Source of the DNA: Tubiluchus corallicola
Taxonomy: Eukaryota > Animalia > Priapulida
DNA length: 64,000 bases
Reading direction: 5' to 3'
Assembly: GCA_030141605.1 (NCBI GenBank)
Contig: JAQGDQ010000202.1
Span: 218,099-282,098 of the forward strand
In this document: positions 14,270 to 26,900 of the stretch, piece by piece
How positions within the stretch are numbered: the stretch's first letter is position 1
Layout of the letters: every line of letters starts with the position of its first letter
The notes under the pieces: generated by a model
What the model saw: the letters and a program-made list of their open reading frames with translations, nothing else
What the model was told of the DNA's origin: nothing
The model's database searches: none
Made by a program: the position numbers and the translations under genes

Positions 14270-14720
14270 CGTCAGAAACTAACCACAGTTTGTGCAATGG
14301 CAAGCGTTTTTCCTTGCGCGTCAAGCACATTTGCATAAGTGTTACAGTACTGTTTAAACACATGATGTCATGAAAGATAGGCTCTACATCATATGACGTC
14401 ATAAACTAACACTGCAGTTCATGATCATGCTTATCACTGTACCACTTTCTGTTTGTCGGCCACGCAAATGTGGCAAAAAGGCGCAATATTTTAGAGCATT
14501 CTTTATTCTTACTAACATTTGCGCAGTCTTCAAATTTTCCTTTAAGTAGTGTGGCCATCCTGCACTGGAATACTCCATCTAGGTCGCGCATAATCTTTTT
14601 TAAAGAGTTAGCCCCCGTCTAGGGTCGCAAGTAAAGCAGCTTTTAAGCAGTCCTATCGTTTAATTTCCTTCTTGTTTTTGTTTTTAATATGTGCAGCAGG
14701 CTGCAAATTATCAGGTATCT
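14270..14720. promoter_or_regulatory. Probable shared divergent promoter region of SUPV3L1 and CEP97, with a perfect CRE palindrome TGACGTCA at 14394-14401
   Basis: Local CpG enrichment between two divergent genes, with outward-facing donor-like sites (minus GTAAGC ~14270; plus GTAAAG ~14631 and GTATCT ~14715). The location is inferred. Confidence 0.45.
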
Positions 14721-14999
14721 AGTCCTCTTAACACCAAAATCTAGTACTATGTGTTTTGATACACACAAGCATTAATTTTCTGCCACACAAATAATATCAT
14801 GGCATTATGAGATTTGTGATTATGTCATACATCCTGAATATCTTTGAATTTTAGGACTTTTTATTGGGTTAAACTATCGTAAATTATTTATACTTGTCTG
14901 TATAAACATTAACGTTAATAGTAATGGGATGCAGGTTGACTAAATTTGTAAATACAAGTTCTGTATAAGTTATCAAGATTCATTTTTATAGGAGATGAG

Positions 15000-17900
15000 A
15001 TGGCTGAAGTTCTAGATCTTACCGGAAAGAGATTGAAGAAACTTGAATTTGTTGTTGCTATTGAACCTAAAACACTTATTTTCGATGACAATGACATACA
15101 GAAGCTGGAAAATTTGGACAAACGTGTCTCTTTGAAACAGGTTGAGTTATGTATTTTGGTCATTTTAAATTTTAAATTCTGTCTATTCAAGTTACTAATA
15201 ATGCTGATTTGATAACAAGCTTGGATTGATTACAATTACAATCAAAATTGCAAATGATTATACAGTTTTTTCTGTAAGCATTATCGTAATTTGTAATCAG
15301 TTACCACCAGAAGTTATTTTTGAAAGTAGCTAAACAGAACTATTAAATAATTGGGCATAAAAATATGTTGTTCACCATCTGAACCATTTTATGTATGACT
15401 CAATTTTTTAAGTTTATCACATTTAAAATTTTTATTTGCCTGTCAAGTGCTGATTGTTGACCAGATTCGCGTTCTGCACAGCTGCTTCTATTATGCAAAT
15501 ACTAAATGACCACTTACAAACCTGGTACCCCAGTGGCTATCAGATATGGCTGCAGCTGTCAGACAGAAAATGAACTGTTTTGACTGTTAATCAATATTTA
15601 AGCAGGAATTTCGAATTGTCTGTAAGTAAAATCAATAGTTAAATTTAGAAATTAGGTTTTGAAAAAATATGAGTCAGTCAAGATTCGAACTCAGAAAATT
15701 GTGGTTTCAGGCCATAATTAAACTAAATATAAAGTAAAAGTGAGTTTGGGATTATGTACTGCCAGACAACGTGCAATCTGATAGACATAGTTTTCTAATT
15801 AGAACTTTTCTAATGACCAACAAACTATTTATGTGAAAAAGTGGTGAACGCACCAAAATAAAATGTGGTAATCTGGTAAGTTCACACCGACATACTGATA
15901 TGACAAAATGTGAAAAATAAAATCCCTAGCTACTCATAGTGTAAAATGACAAGAAATCGCAAAGCAAAGAATATTTTTGACCTTACAAGCTGCTCAACTG
16001 TTGCTCATCAGTAACTCTGAATCATTCACCAGTAACGATACTATGTGGGCATTTAGGCGTATTCTAAATATTTTGGCAAATAAATAATAAAAAAGCTAAT
16101 GTTAGACCAGCTGATAGTATAATCATAAATAAAAATGATAATCGTAATTGTAACTGCATTCTTGTATTAGTAATTGTAATTGTAATCGTCGGTTCACTCT
16201 TCAATCAAAGTGTAACCTTACTCGTAATTAATTTGACAAAATTGCTTACATGTAACCATTCCAAAGCCTTTTTGATAATACCCGCTTAAGGTTATGAAAA
16301 TACTTTCCTTGAGGTTCGCCACAGTTGCATTCGTATTTTGCATCCTGTATTTATCACTCGCTGTTATGTTAAAGAAACATAGGACTATGTTAGTATGTCA
16401 TGCAGAATATGCTACTGAATAGTTTGTAAGCATGCAAAACAATTTGTTGTTGGTCTCCAATAGTACACGTGTCATGAAAGATTTGTTGATCACCTATCTA
16501 GAATGCATGTATAAGTACTATGTTAGCTAAAATGGGTATAAATTCTTAAAATAATTTTAATTGAGAATTACAGATTGTTTCTTGTTTAAAACGTGTCTGT
16601 CTTGTCTTGTCTTGTCTGGCTACACAATAATGCTACTGCATATTTTCAGCTTTCCGTTGCTAACAACTACATAGTTCGCATTCAGGGTTTGACCAAACTC
16701 ACGAATCTCACAACGTTAAATCTTCGGGGAAATAAAATTATCAGTCTTGAGGGTAAGACATTACTTTGTCAGTGAAGCTCAGCTTGTAATTCTTTCAGTC
16801 ATAGTCTTTTAGCTATATCTTATTTATGTCGTGCACCATTAAGGCTTGATTGTTTGGGTCAGATATTATTATAATTATTTGAGAGTACACTATGCAGGTT
16901 TTCCGAAAGTCAACTAAAAGATGGTAGACTATAAATAACGTGTACCTAATATTGTTAAAACTTTGCAGATTATAGACATTACTCATGATTACTGTTTAAA
17001 AGTGTTTATACAAATTTGTGTAGCTTAGAGAGCTACAGATGTCAGTAAGCTATTTTCTGCAAAATGTTTGAATTTTTGTAGGTTTGAAAGACCTGGTGAA
17101 TCTGCAGTCATTGAACGTGTCAAAAAATAACATTCAGGTACATGTTGCAGTCATAAACATTAATAATAATATTAATCTTTTATTGGACAAGCTGAGTCTT
17201 TGTCTTGTATTAGCATATGCTGCTGTACTTATCACAAGTTGCATAACAGCTATGTTTCCTGTGCTAAAAGAAGTTGTGCTTGGCCACCTATTTTCTTAAA
17301 CCTTGCTAGCTAGTTTTTCTTTTCCAGCTTACAGGTGAGATAAGTTAAGTGCACTCAGTGCGCCTTGTTTCTTTACGTTTGAGCTTACACCCAAGTTAAA
17401 TGATACACACCGACTGAACAAGTTTGCCGGTCAAGCAGTAATTGTCATTGTGCAGCTATCTTGTTAATTATGCAATGTATGGCGATTACCAAAATTTTAC
17501 TTACAATTGCTTTTAAATTGTCTTAATTTTTATATCATTTTAATAGTTGCATTTAGCTTGTGATTTCCTTAGGCCAGTCAGATGATTGTGGAGGGAAAGC
17601 AAATAAACAAAATTGAAACGAATTTAAGTAATCAGACAATTTGGTATTTTATTAATGAATGAATGTGGGTCGTTTGGTCACTGTAAAAAACTAATTAAAG
17701 TCACATTCGTTTTTAGGTCATAACAAATCTTAATAAGAACAAGCACTTGCGTCATCTAGATGTATCCGACAATCGAATATCTGCACTTTCTGACGTATCC
17801 CATCTGTATCATCTGCAAACGCTATTGCTGCATGGTAATAACATCTCTACCCTTCAAAATGTTGGGAAATACGTACCGGAGAAACTAAAGATTTTATCTT

Positions 17901-20900
17901 TAGCTGAAAACAAGATAGCTGACCTCAATGAGGTAGGCTTGTTAGTATTCATCAAATACTAGACAATGTTAGGCATGATGTGGTTTTGTTTTTGCTGGAG
18001 TATAGACTTATTTGCTACATGTTCATAATAGTAATTGTGATATTTAAACTAGTATTTTATAATTTGCAGAAGCTAAACTTATTGGGTAAACTGCTTGCTT
18101 TTTTTGAAAATAAGATAGTACTCTTCTGAGATTTGCCATAATTGTAAAAAAAGAAGTCAAAATGCCCATAAATCTCAATTTTTTTATATTTTTTCAGAGC
18201 TTTCCTCCATTACGGACTTCAGTGCAGCTGATGAAGTTCGTGAGAGACGAAAGCTCTGAAAAAAATAAAGAATTTTTGAGATTTATGGGCATTTTGACTT
18301 TTTTTACGATTACGTTTGCTTTTTTTGGCGATATCTCTGTCTGCAAATCACGTTAAATTACTCTACATCTTTTTTATAGATTTCAAGGTTGAATTGTCTG
18401 TCTTGCTTGGAGCAGCTTTCGGTTATTAACAATCCGTGTGTGGTTCTGACTGGAAACAATGTGTATCCTTTGCATTATAATAAGCACTGACCGCATACAA
18501 GATCTTGCTTCTGTCTCATGGGATTGTCAATTTTCAGCATGCTTGTAATACTAATTGTGGCACAGCACGAACTTCAATAAAAAATGTTATGTGCTGCCAT
18601 CAGTTTTGCAGTCAGTTATAGTTGATACAAAAGTTGATACAATCTCAGATGTATCAGCAATATCTGTACTCGTCAAACATTCGGAAGTACATACCAAACT
18701 CTGACGATGCACTCAGATGTAGTTTAATCCATAAGTTTAGCAAACTACAGTCGTCGCACTATATGTTGTAGCTCTGAATTGTGATGCAACTACCGTTTCA
18801 CCAAACACTACACAGGTAGACTTTGACTTAACGACTTATTACAACTTTACAAATAGAATACTTAAGGTTTTACATGCTGAGTCCTCTGCATGGAAGAAAG
18901 CAGTGCACATGGATACCCTAGTCAAGTTCAATCAATTGCTCTGCTAAATAAGATCTTATGGTCTGGTGCAAAATTGTCTATGCATGCACACACTGGAAGT
19001 TCCCCGGAGAAAAAGTACAAATAACTTAAATACTCTTGTCTAAATAAGTAAAATCTTTAATAATTTTGGAATGTGTCTTTATTTCGACTTTACACACCAA
19101 CCACATCTTAATTAATTAATTATACAAAATTAATAATAACTTATATTTCCATAGTGAGAGTACTTAGTGCCACACTTAGTGAGAGAACATGGTTACACGT
19201 GCAACATCTTGAATGTAAAGTGTACCACTTGAACATACGGGTCCGACTTGCATTCAGCTTGTCTTTCGACCAGTTCACCAGAACCGATTATGGTCGTAAG
19301 TAAACAACCCATATAGTGTTTGTTGTTCACTTTTTCTAATTATTTGCTGTTATATTCTCGTTTTGGTGGTTTATTAATTACAGACTCCTGTCTGCAGCTG
19401 ATGGAGACATATTGGAAGAGTAATGCATGTTTACCCATTGTGATTTGCAAGCCAAATAAATAGTCAGTTTCTGCTGTAAAGTTTCCTTATCAGTAGCTTT
19501 AGGGGGTTTGATTATAGGCCGTTTGTTGTAAATTGGTGTTTGAATCTGACAATCTTAGATGGATGCCAGGTCACTCAGCGTGAAGGGTAGGTGATAGAAA
19601 CACTTATTTTTCTGCTTGTTTATTGGTACATAATATATGTTTTTCCTGAAAACTACTGGACAAATTATCATCTTATCGTCTTATCAACTTATACTGAATA
19701 TACGACATGCTTGCAGTAAACAGTTGACCAAAGAATAAAGTTCTGCAAAAGAATAATCTTTCTTGCTATATTGAGATGTGACATGGAAATGTTTAACTAC
19801 TCTGAAACATTGTTATTTGCATGTTGTCACTCTCAAAAAATCTTCAAATTACTCAGTTGTAAATCATTAATGATGACAAGATTTCTATTATCCTTCTGTC
19901 TGCTTTCTGAACTAATTAATTACTGTTAATAGTTGACTTTTTTGTCAATTTGTAGGAGTTTTTTTACCAATGAAAACTGATGTCATTGAAGAATTTTTGT
20001 CATTCTTGGATGCCTTTTGAGTTGTGCGATAGCTCTAATAATAAAAATTAGATACAATTTTTGCAGTTTGAAAGCTGAGTGGCTTCTTAGTCAAGGTAAA
20101 GGCAGGCATTACCGACTAGGTGAGCACACCCAGCTAGTGGAGTACTTGTCCCATTCATGTCCATTGACTTCTGCTGAGGAGGTATGTTTACTTCATTTAT
20201 AAGTTAGTATCATAGATATTTTGAATTAGACTTAATACTAATTTATAGCAGGGGCCTGTTCAACCAAGTCGTTTCTGTAAAATAAACAAAAATACCAGCA
20301 ATTTGGGGCTATAAAACAATTGTAGAATGTAACTTTTGATGTAATTATCATCTACAGCATTTTTGACTTGTGCTTCAGTACTTACAGTGCAGTACCTTAA
20401 ATTATTGTACATAATGTTTTACAATGCATAGATGTAATGCGTATTTGATTAACCTAAAATCGAAATTTAAAAATTTGCAAACAAATATTAAGGTTTTGAA
20501 ATTCTTTTTCAACTTTCTAAAAATAAAGTTATGAAGGCTGAGGAAAGTGTTCCCGCAATCTCTTTTTCATTTAACCAGACAATTGATTGTTTAGCAGCTA
20601 AAGCAGCTTTGCTGTATTTTAGAAGTAGGCTACTTCAAGGGCTAGAATTGCTTTGCTGCTTGTCTCATATCAATGGTTTCCTGTAGCCATGCACACAATG
20701 CACATTTCTCTTGTGAAACATTTTTGCTGTTATATACCGCATTGGCCACTTTTCCCAACTTTTTTCTTTTCCATTACAATCAGAGTTTAATGATATGTGA
20801 GATGATGATGCGCGCATGTATATTATCAATAAAATTTGAAATGCGAGGATTATTTTGTATACTCTATCATTACGTACACGGGACTTTGAAGACACGTTTT

Positions 20901-23900
20901 TGCCTGAAGCGTTGGTTGTCAACCTATAAATTTTACATTTTTTGCTGGGCAGAAACCAATTTATAATGTTAATAACTTAACGATTTTTAGAACAGGCTAC
21001 ATATACAGGGTGTTTGGACAGTCACTGCGCACTTATTCATTCAGAATTCATTCAGTCTATTTCAAGCAAGCAAAGGATAGCAGTGTTTATAAACAAAGTA
21101 AGAAGGATCCAAGTCTGTATTGATGCTAATGGAGGTCACTTTCAACATTGTTTATAATTGTCATTCATATTTACTCCTATATTCTATATTGAAACATGTC
21201 TGTTAATAAATATATAAATGCACAGTGACTTTCCAAACACTCCGTATATAATGGCGGCATTGACGGCTGTGTCTACTGTACTGTCGAATGAGTTACTGCT
21301 TATTACCAACTATTTTTCAGCCCATTACATGAAAATTCTTGCCCAGTGTAGAGCTTCATAATATCCACTTCTATTTTCTCTAATGTAACCTGTGAATTTT
21401 AACACTTATAATAGCATATCTAATCCTTAACTAGTCCTATTGTTCGATTTTGAGCAGAAACTGCATTGAACTCTACACTAGTGCAAAAATGCCTTGTTAG
21501 CAGTGATTTTACAGCTGAAGCTTATTTCCGCGATGCACAGTAAATCCTAATTTATAGTGACAAAACAATACCGTTGTCTAGTTTACAACTATGCAAGCTA
21601 TCTTTTAAATCAAAGTTTTACTATTCCTTTGAGAAGTACAAGTACTAACCTTCTAGTAATTTTTTTCACATTAGCTGGAGCCCGAGGAAGAAGCGAGATT
21701 AAAAAAGATTTTAGTAAAACAAAAACAGTACCAGCAGCAGCTGTTACAGGAACAGACTGGCTTATCCAATTCAGCAGGCATTCATGATACTACTGTTGTT
21801 TCGGAAAAATGTTCAACTGTTGCAACATCTCCTTCTGGCATGAGCACTTCGTGGGTAGTTGGTATGGAAGACAGTTACAATTTTCTGAAAGCTTTTTTGA
21901 TATTTTTTGTGTATATTTTATAGTAGCTTGCTATCTGCCCTCATCTATGGCTGAAAAAACAACAGCTTTTTTCACATATAGTTATTGACATACGAGCAGG
22001 GCTCAAAAGAAGATGGAAAAAAATTGCAGGCATCTCCAATACATCGCATCTTAATATGTGTGATGTAAATTTGTAATCATTTAATCATTACTGATTAAGC
22101 ATCACCTGCTGGCCATCCCTTAACAGTTGCATTACAGAGTTGTTATTTGTCATTTTCATTGACAGAAAGCAACAAGCTAGAGAGTAAACGTGTTGCTCGT
22201 TTGAAATAATTACATTTTGCCTTGATGATTAATTTGGCTAATTGATATATTGTTAAGAAATCCGGAGAAGTTAATTTCGGTTAAAGTTAATGAAGTCACT
22301 TGGATAAAATATGCCAAATGGAAGCTGCAAGTTTATTACACTGTATTGCATGTCACTACTTTGATGGTGATAATAATTGCGAGCTATAGATGAGTGATGA
22401 AGTTCTGCTGACTCATCTAGCAGTCTGATTTATCATGCGGAGATTCTTCAATCATTAGTGTTAATTAGAAACAGTAAGATTATTTTTAAGTAGAAATATA
22501 AACTAATCTAAATTATAAGTATATGCTAGCTATTGAATGGCAAGCTGGTAAAATCTGTGAATAAGATTTGCAGTTTATAATTTGTTGTTTTTCAAGCTTG
22601 CTGCATGTATCGTAAGAATGAAATTGAGGAATTACATGATTGATTGATTTTATTGTTGTGCCAAGATAGTGGACCACTAGTCAATAAAAACTAAAGTTCT
22701 CTATCATTGGGTTTTTCTTAGAATAAAAAATTACATTAGAGGTTTTCTATTGCTGTGCAAAGATAGTGGACCACTAGTCAGTAAAAACTAAGGTTCCTTC
22801 TCATTGGGTTTTTCTTAGAATAAAAAATTACATTCGAGGTTTTCTATTGCTGTGCAATGATAGTGGACAAAAAATTACATTAGAGGTTTTCTATTGCTGT
22901 GCAAAGATAGTGGACCACTAGTCAATAAAAACTAAGTTGTTTCTCATTGGGTTTTTCTTCAAATACTATGTAAAATGAACAGCCTTTTCTTTGCAATTTT
23001 TTGGAAAAGTGTCTAAATTTTTCTAGCTTTCATTGTCTACTTGTATGTTTTTTTGTGAATTTATCCACGTTTTAGAGTGATGTAGTATACTTACTTGATT
23101 TAGAAGAATTATTGAATTTTTTAAGAACTTGTTGATATTCTATTTTTAGATGTTTCTAGTCCGCAAACTGAAGTAAAGATGCGGAAGTCTAAGAACAAGC
23201 CTTTGAAAAATTCGCTAGATCGACCTTTGCACAGCCGCCCTTTTTCCGCCCCACCAGATTCAATGAAAAGTGTCATGCATTCATCATTTCATGAAGTTAT
23301 GTCTCACAAGTCCACACCTTCAGGTAAGATAATTAATTTGAGCTTTTTTTGTATATGATAATGCACCTGAAATTCATTGCAACATTTTACATATGATTTC
23401 ATTTTGACATTATTTCTACAGATGATGAACATGGAAATGTAACACACACGAATCATGATCTTATGACTGGTAGCCTGATCTCTAATTTGAGTGACAGGGC
23501 AACTTCCAAAACGTACGAGCCTGTTTCGCTGTTATACCCAAATTCAGCACCTTCATCTGCTGGTCAGTGTTTAAATACTATAACTAGACCTTGTGAATAT
23601 GATTTAATTTTTGATTACTACAGTTCAGCATTTACTGGATCATATTAACAATTAATGTCTACCTCCTTTGCTACAAAGAATCATTTGTGCCAGTTGACTG
23701 CATGTATAGAATTTGTTAGCTTAGTTGCAATATTTTCTCACTTCTCTTATTTCGTTAAGCACTGCATTCTACATTTAGTGTTCACACTTTTGACTGCTTT
23801 TTAGCTATTTTATTGTGTTTATAGGAAAGGGAAGCAGTTACGACGAAGATCGTCCTATTCGTCCCATGGGCCGTGATGTTTACAAGGCTGTTATAGGTCT

Positions 23901-26900
23901 CTCGTCACCTGCTCAGGAAAAGATTTCCACTAGTGCAATAAAGTCAAAAGTGAATCTTCGACAGCCACGACTGTCAGCACGTAAGCGTCCTTCTAGTGCA
24001 GGCCATGCTGTGTCAAAAAATTATACTGCTATTACTAGTGATTCAGATGTGAGTGCAAGGGAGAGTAAGTTTGCTGATAGGAACAGACAATCAAAGAAAG
24101 GTGGCCACCATATTGCTCAGTCAGGGAAATCTTCGCAACATAGAAAACCAGAGTACAATGCTGAAAAATATACACCCAACAAGGTAGAAGACCGAATGAC
24201 TAAGAGCGAATCGGAGGTTTCAAAATTTGGCTTCACTTACACTCTTTGTACTAGAAGTGAATCGGAGCATGACATTTGTTTAGATGAAGCCTTAAACACT
24301 GTGCAATGTCCGGATGCTTCAGATGTTAAAAGTTCTCAGACAGTTACACCAACAAAGAAAACGCATGTTACTAGGTCACGTAGTCGAGAGGGGACACCGC
24401 GTTCTGCTAGTGGAAGTCGTATCCCATTTGCTCGCTCACAACAGCGTCGTCCGATTAGTTTTCCATCAAAGCCTGAACACATTATGAGTACTTCTCGGAA
24501 AAGGCCACTTTCAGCTCCTACAAATACAAGTACCATGACAAATGCTGTTGCAAAAACAAATCACGCCATAGAATTAAGTAAAGGAGATGCCATTTCAAAC
24601 CTTGAATTTGTTAAAGATTTTGAAAAGGTAGCTAGAGGAGAGGATGTGATTTATAACTCTATTCAGAACCATAAAGAAATGCTCATCAATAAATACTCTG
24701 ATGCCGACGAAAATATGCAAAATGCCGCTCAGGTCATCCAAACTGCTTGGCGTGGCTATTTTGTGAGGAATTTGCACCCAAAAGTTCAGCAAATAAAGGA
24801 ACTTATTAGAAATGATCGTTTGAAACAACATGTCGATGTTTTAACCAGTCAATTAGAAAGGTAGGTAAATAATTAAGTACCATTGTATAGTACTTATCTA
24901 CAACTTTTCGTATTATTCCATTGCTGTCCCTTCCATATTGATGTGTTTAGATGTAATAGATTTCCTGCAAATGTCTGTGATGGTGTTGCTTAATTTTTAA
25001 GTGTTCTGCTGGTATGGTTGCAAAATTTTGCTGACTTTTATAGTAGTGAGTTGATTGGAGTTATAATCTTTTTATCAATTTCAGAACACAGAATTTGTAC
25101 GAACAGGAGAAACGGCTTCGAAAACTGCAAACAGAAGCTATAAAGTGTCTGTTTAAGGAGGTAATCAAAAGTATTAATTGCATTTTCAAAAAAAGCTGAA
25201 ATTATCTTGTAGAATGATGGTGAGCGTTGTGAAATTAATATTGTTCTGTGTTTTGACATAGGTTGTTCCAACAAAATAACTAGTTCTGTAGTTTTGCAAA
25301 AAAAGAGTCATCATAATTGTTTAAAATAGGGACGTGCACAAATAATTGAGTATTCAAAAGTATGCATTATATTGAAGATTTGTTACATTTGTAAGTTAAT
25401 ATCCAGCCTCTAATTTAACTTAGAAACAGGTTTATGAGAATTAAATTTAGCTTTGTTTTCGTAAGAAATTTGCTATATATGCTCCACGTATGTGAAACTC
25501 CTTCGAAAATGCCACTCCTTCAAAATTGTTGTATGAGTTGTACATTAAATATTTCTTTAGCATATTTCTTCAGTTCCTATATCACAATTCATCGTAAGAT
25601 TTTGCTCACACTTACAATTGAGAAAGGCTGTCAGTAGACATTGTAAAAATGTTTAATATTTGTTTTTAAGGTAAAAGAACTGCACGAGTGGAAAAATGAT
25701 GTTGAACTGACATTGCAAAAGTCTAGCTCTCCTAGTCCTCAAACACCGGGAAGTGGTGACAAAATAATAGCGTCATGTTCAGGACAGTCATTGCCATTAG
25801 AACATTGCCATGAGTTACAGCAGCAGGTTTGCTTTTTCACACAAATTCACTTTTAGTTTAAGTATTCCCCATGTGATTTTTTAGTCATTGTAATATCTTG
25901 GCATGCATGCTTTTCGTGGTACTGTTAACTAGATTAAATATACTAATAATGTTTTTTCACATCATTAATTCGGTTGGTTTTAGGTGCAAGAAAGACTGCC
26001 TGACTTGCAGGACAGTATCGATAGCCCTGTCTTAAAAGCCTCCCACTTTTTGCCTGAGAGTAGTGAATGTAGTGAAGGACGGAAAGTTTCTCTATGTCCT
26101 AGGAATCTGGAAGTCATCACAAAAGCTGGTGGTGTTGTGATATTGTGCTGGGAAGCTGTAAATGTGACAGAGAGTGGCCATGATGTATTGGGTGAGTATG
26201 AAATTAATGATATCATAAAAGAACTGGTAGTTTTAGTGGAAGTCCATAATATAGCTGTGACTTTACTTAGTATTATCAAAATACAGAACAGGCAAACATT
26301 TTTAGTAGCGCAAAATTTTTTATAAAAATATAATTTCAAATGTGTTTCGTCGACATATCATGAGAGAACAGATAAGTCAGCCATACATGTGCACATTTAT
26401 GAAAAAAGTACAAGCTGTTCTATAATCACCAAACGAGCAACGAATAACATTAAGCACTTTTTCATTTGTGGAAGTAAACAGAAGCAGGTGTTTTGTCTAA
26501 CTGTCATTTTATGTATTTCTGTCAGCTGACTGTTGAGAGTGCGCTTGCTATTGCTTCCTCTAATTAGTTTAATGGTGTCCTTTGATGGTATTATTATATT
26601 GAGGATAATGTGTACATACATGCTTGTATGCACAGGTTCTTTTGGTATTTTTATTGAACCGCATGTACCTTTCTGTAGCATTAATATTAGTATTCAGGCT
26701 CAGCATGGCACAGAGAAAAACATGGTATGTGAAATTGTTTTTACTTTTGTATCCTTTTCCTTTTTTGCACCTAAATTTTCCTTTGAACCATTTCTAATGT
26801 TTTTAATAATTTTATGTAATTCACACAATTATAATTTTAAGTGTGCCATTTATGGTGATGGTTCATGTATCAGTTTTAAAAACTGCCTAACCTGAACCGA

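Noticed and set aside
22650-22960. CRISPR-like array
   Set aside because: Eukaryotic context, head-to-tail units without unique spacers, and no cas genes.
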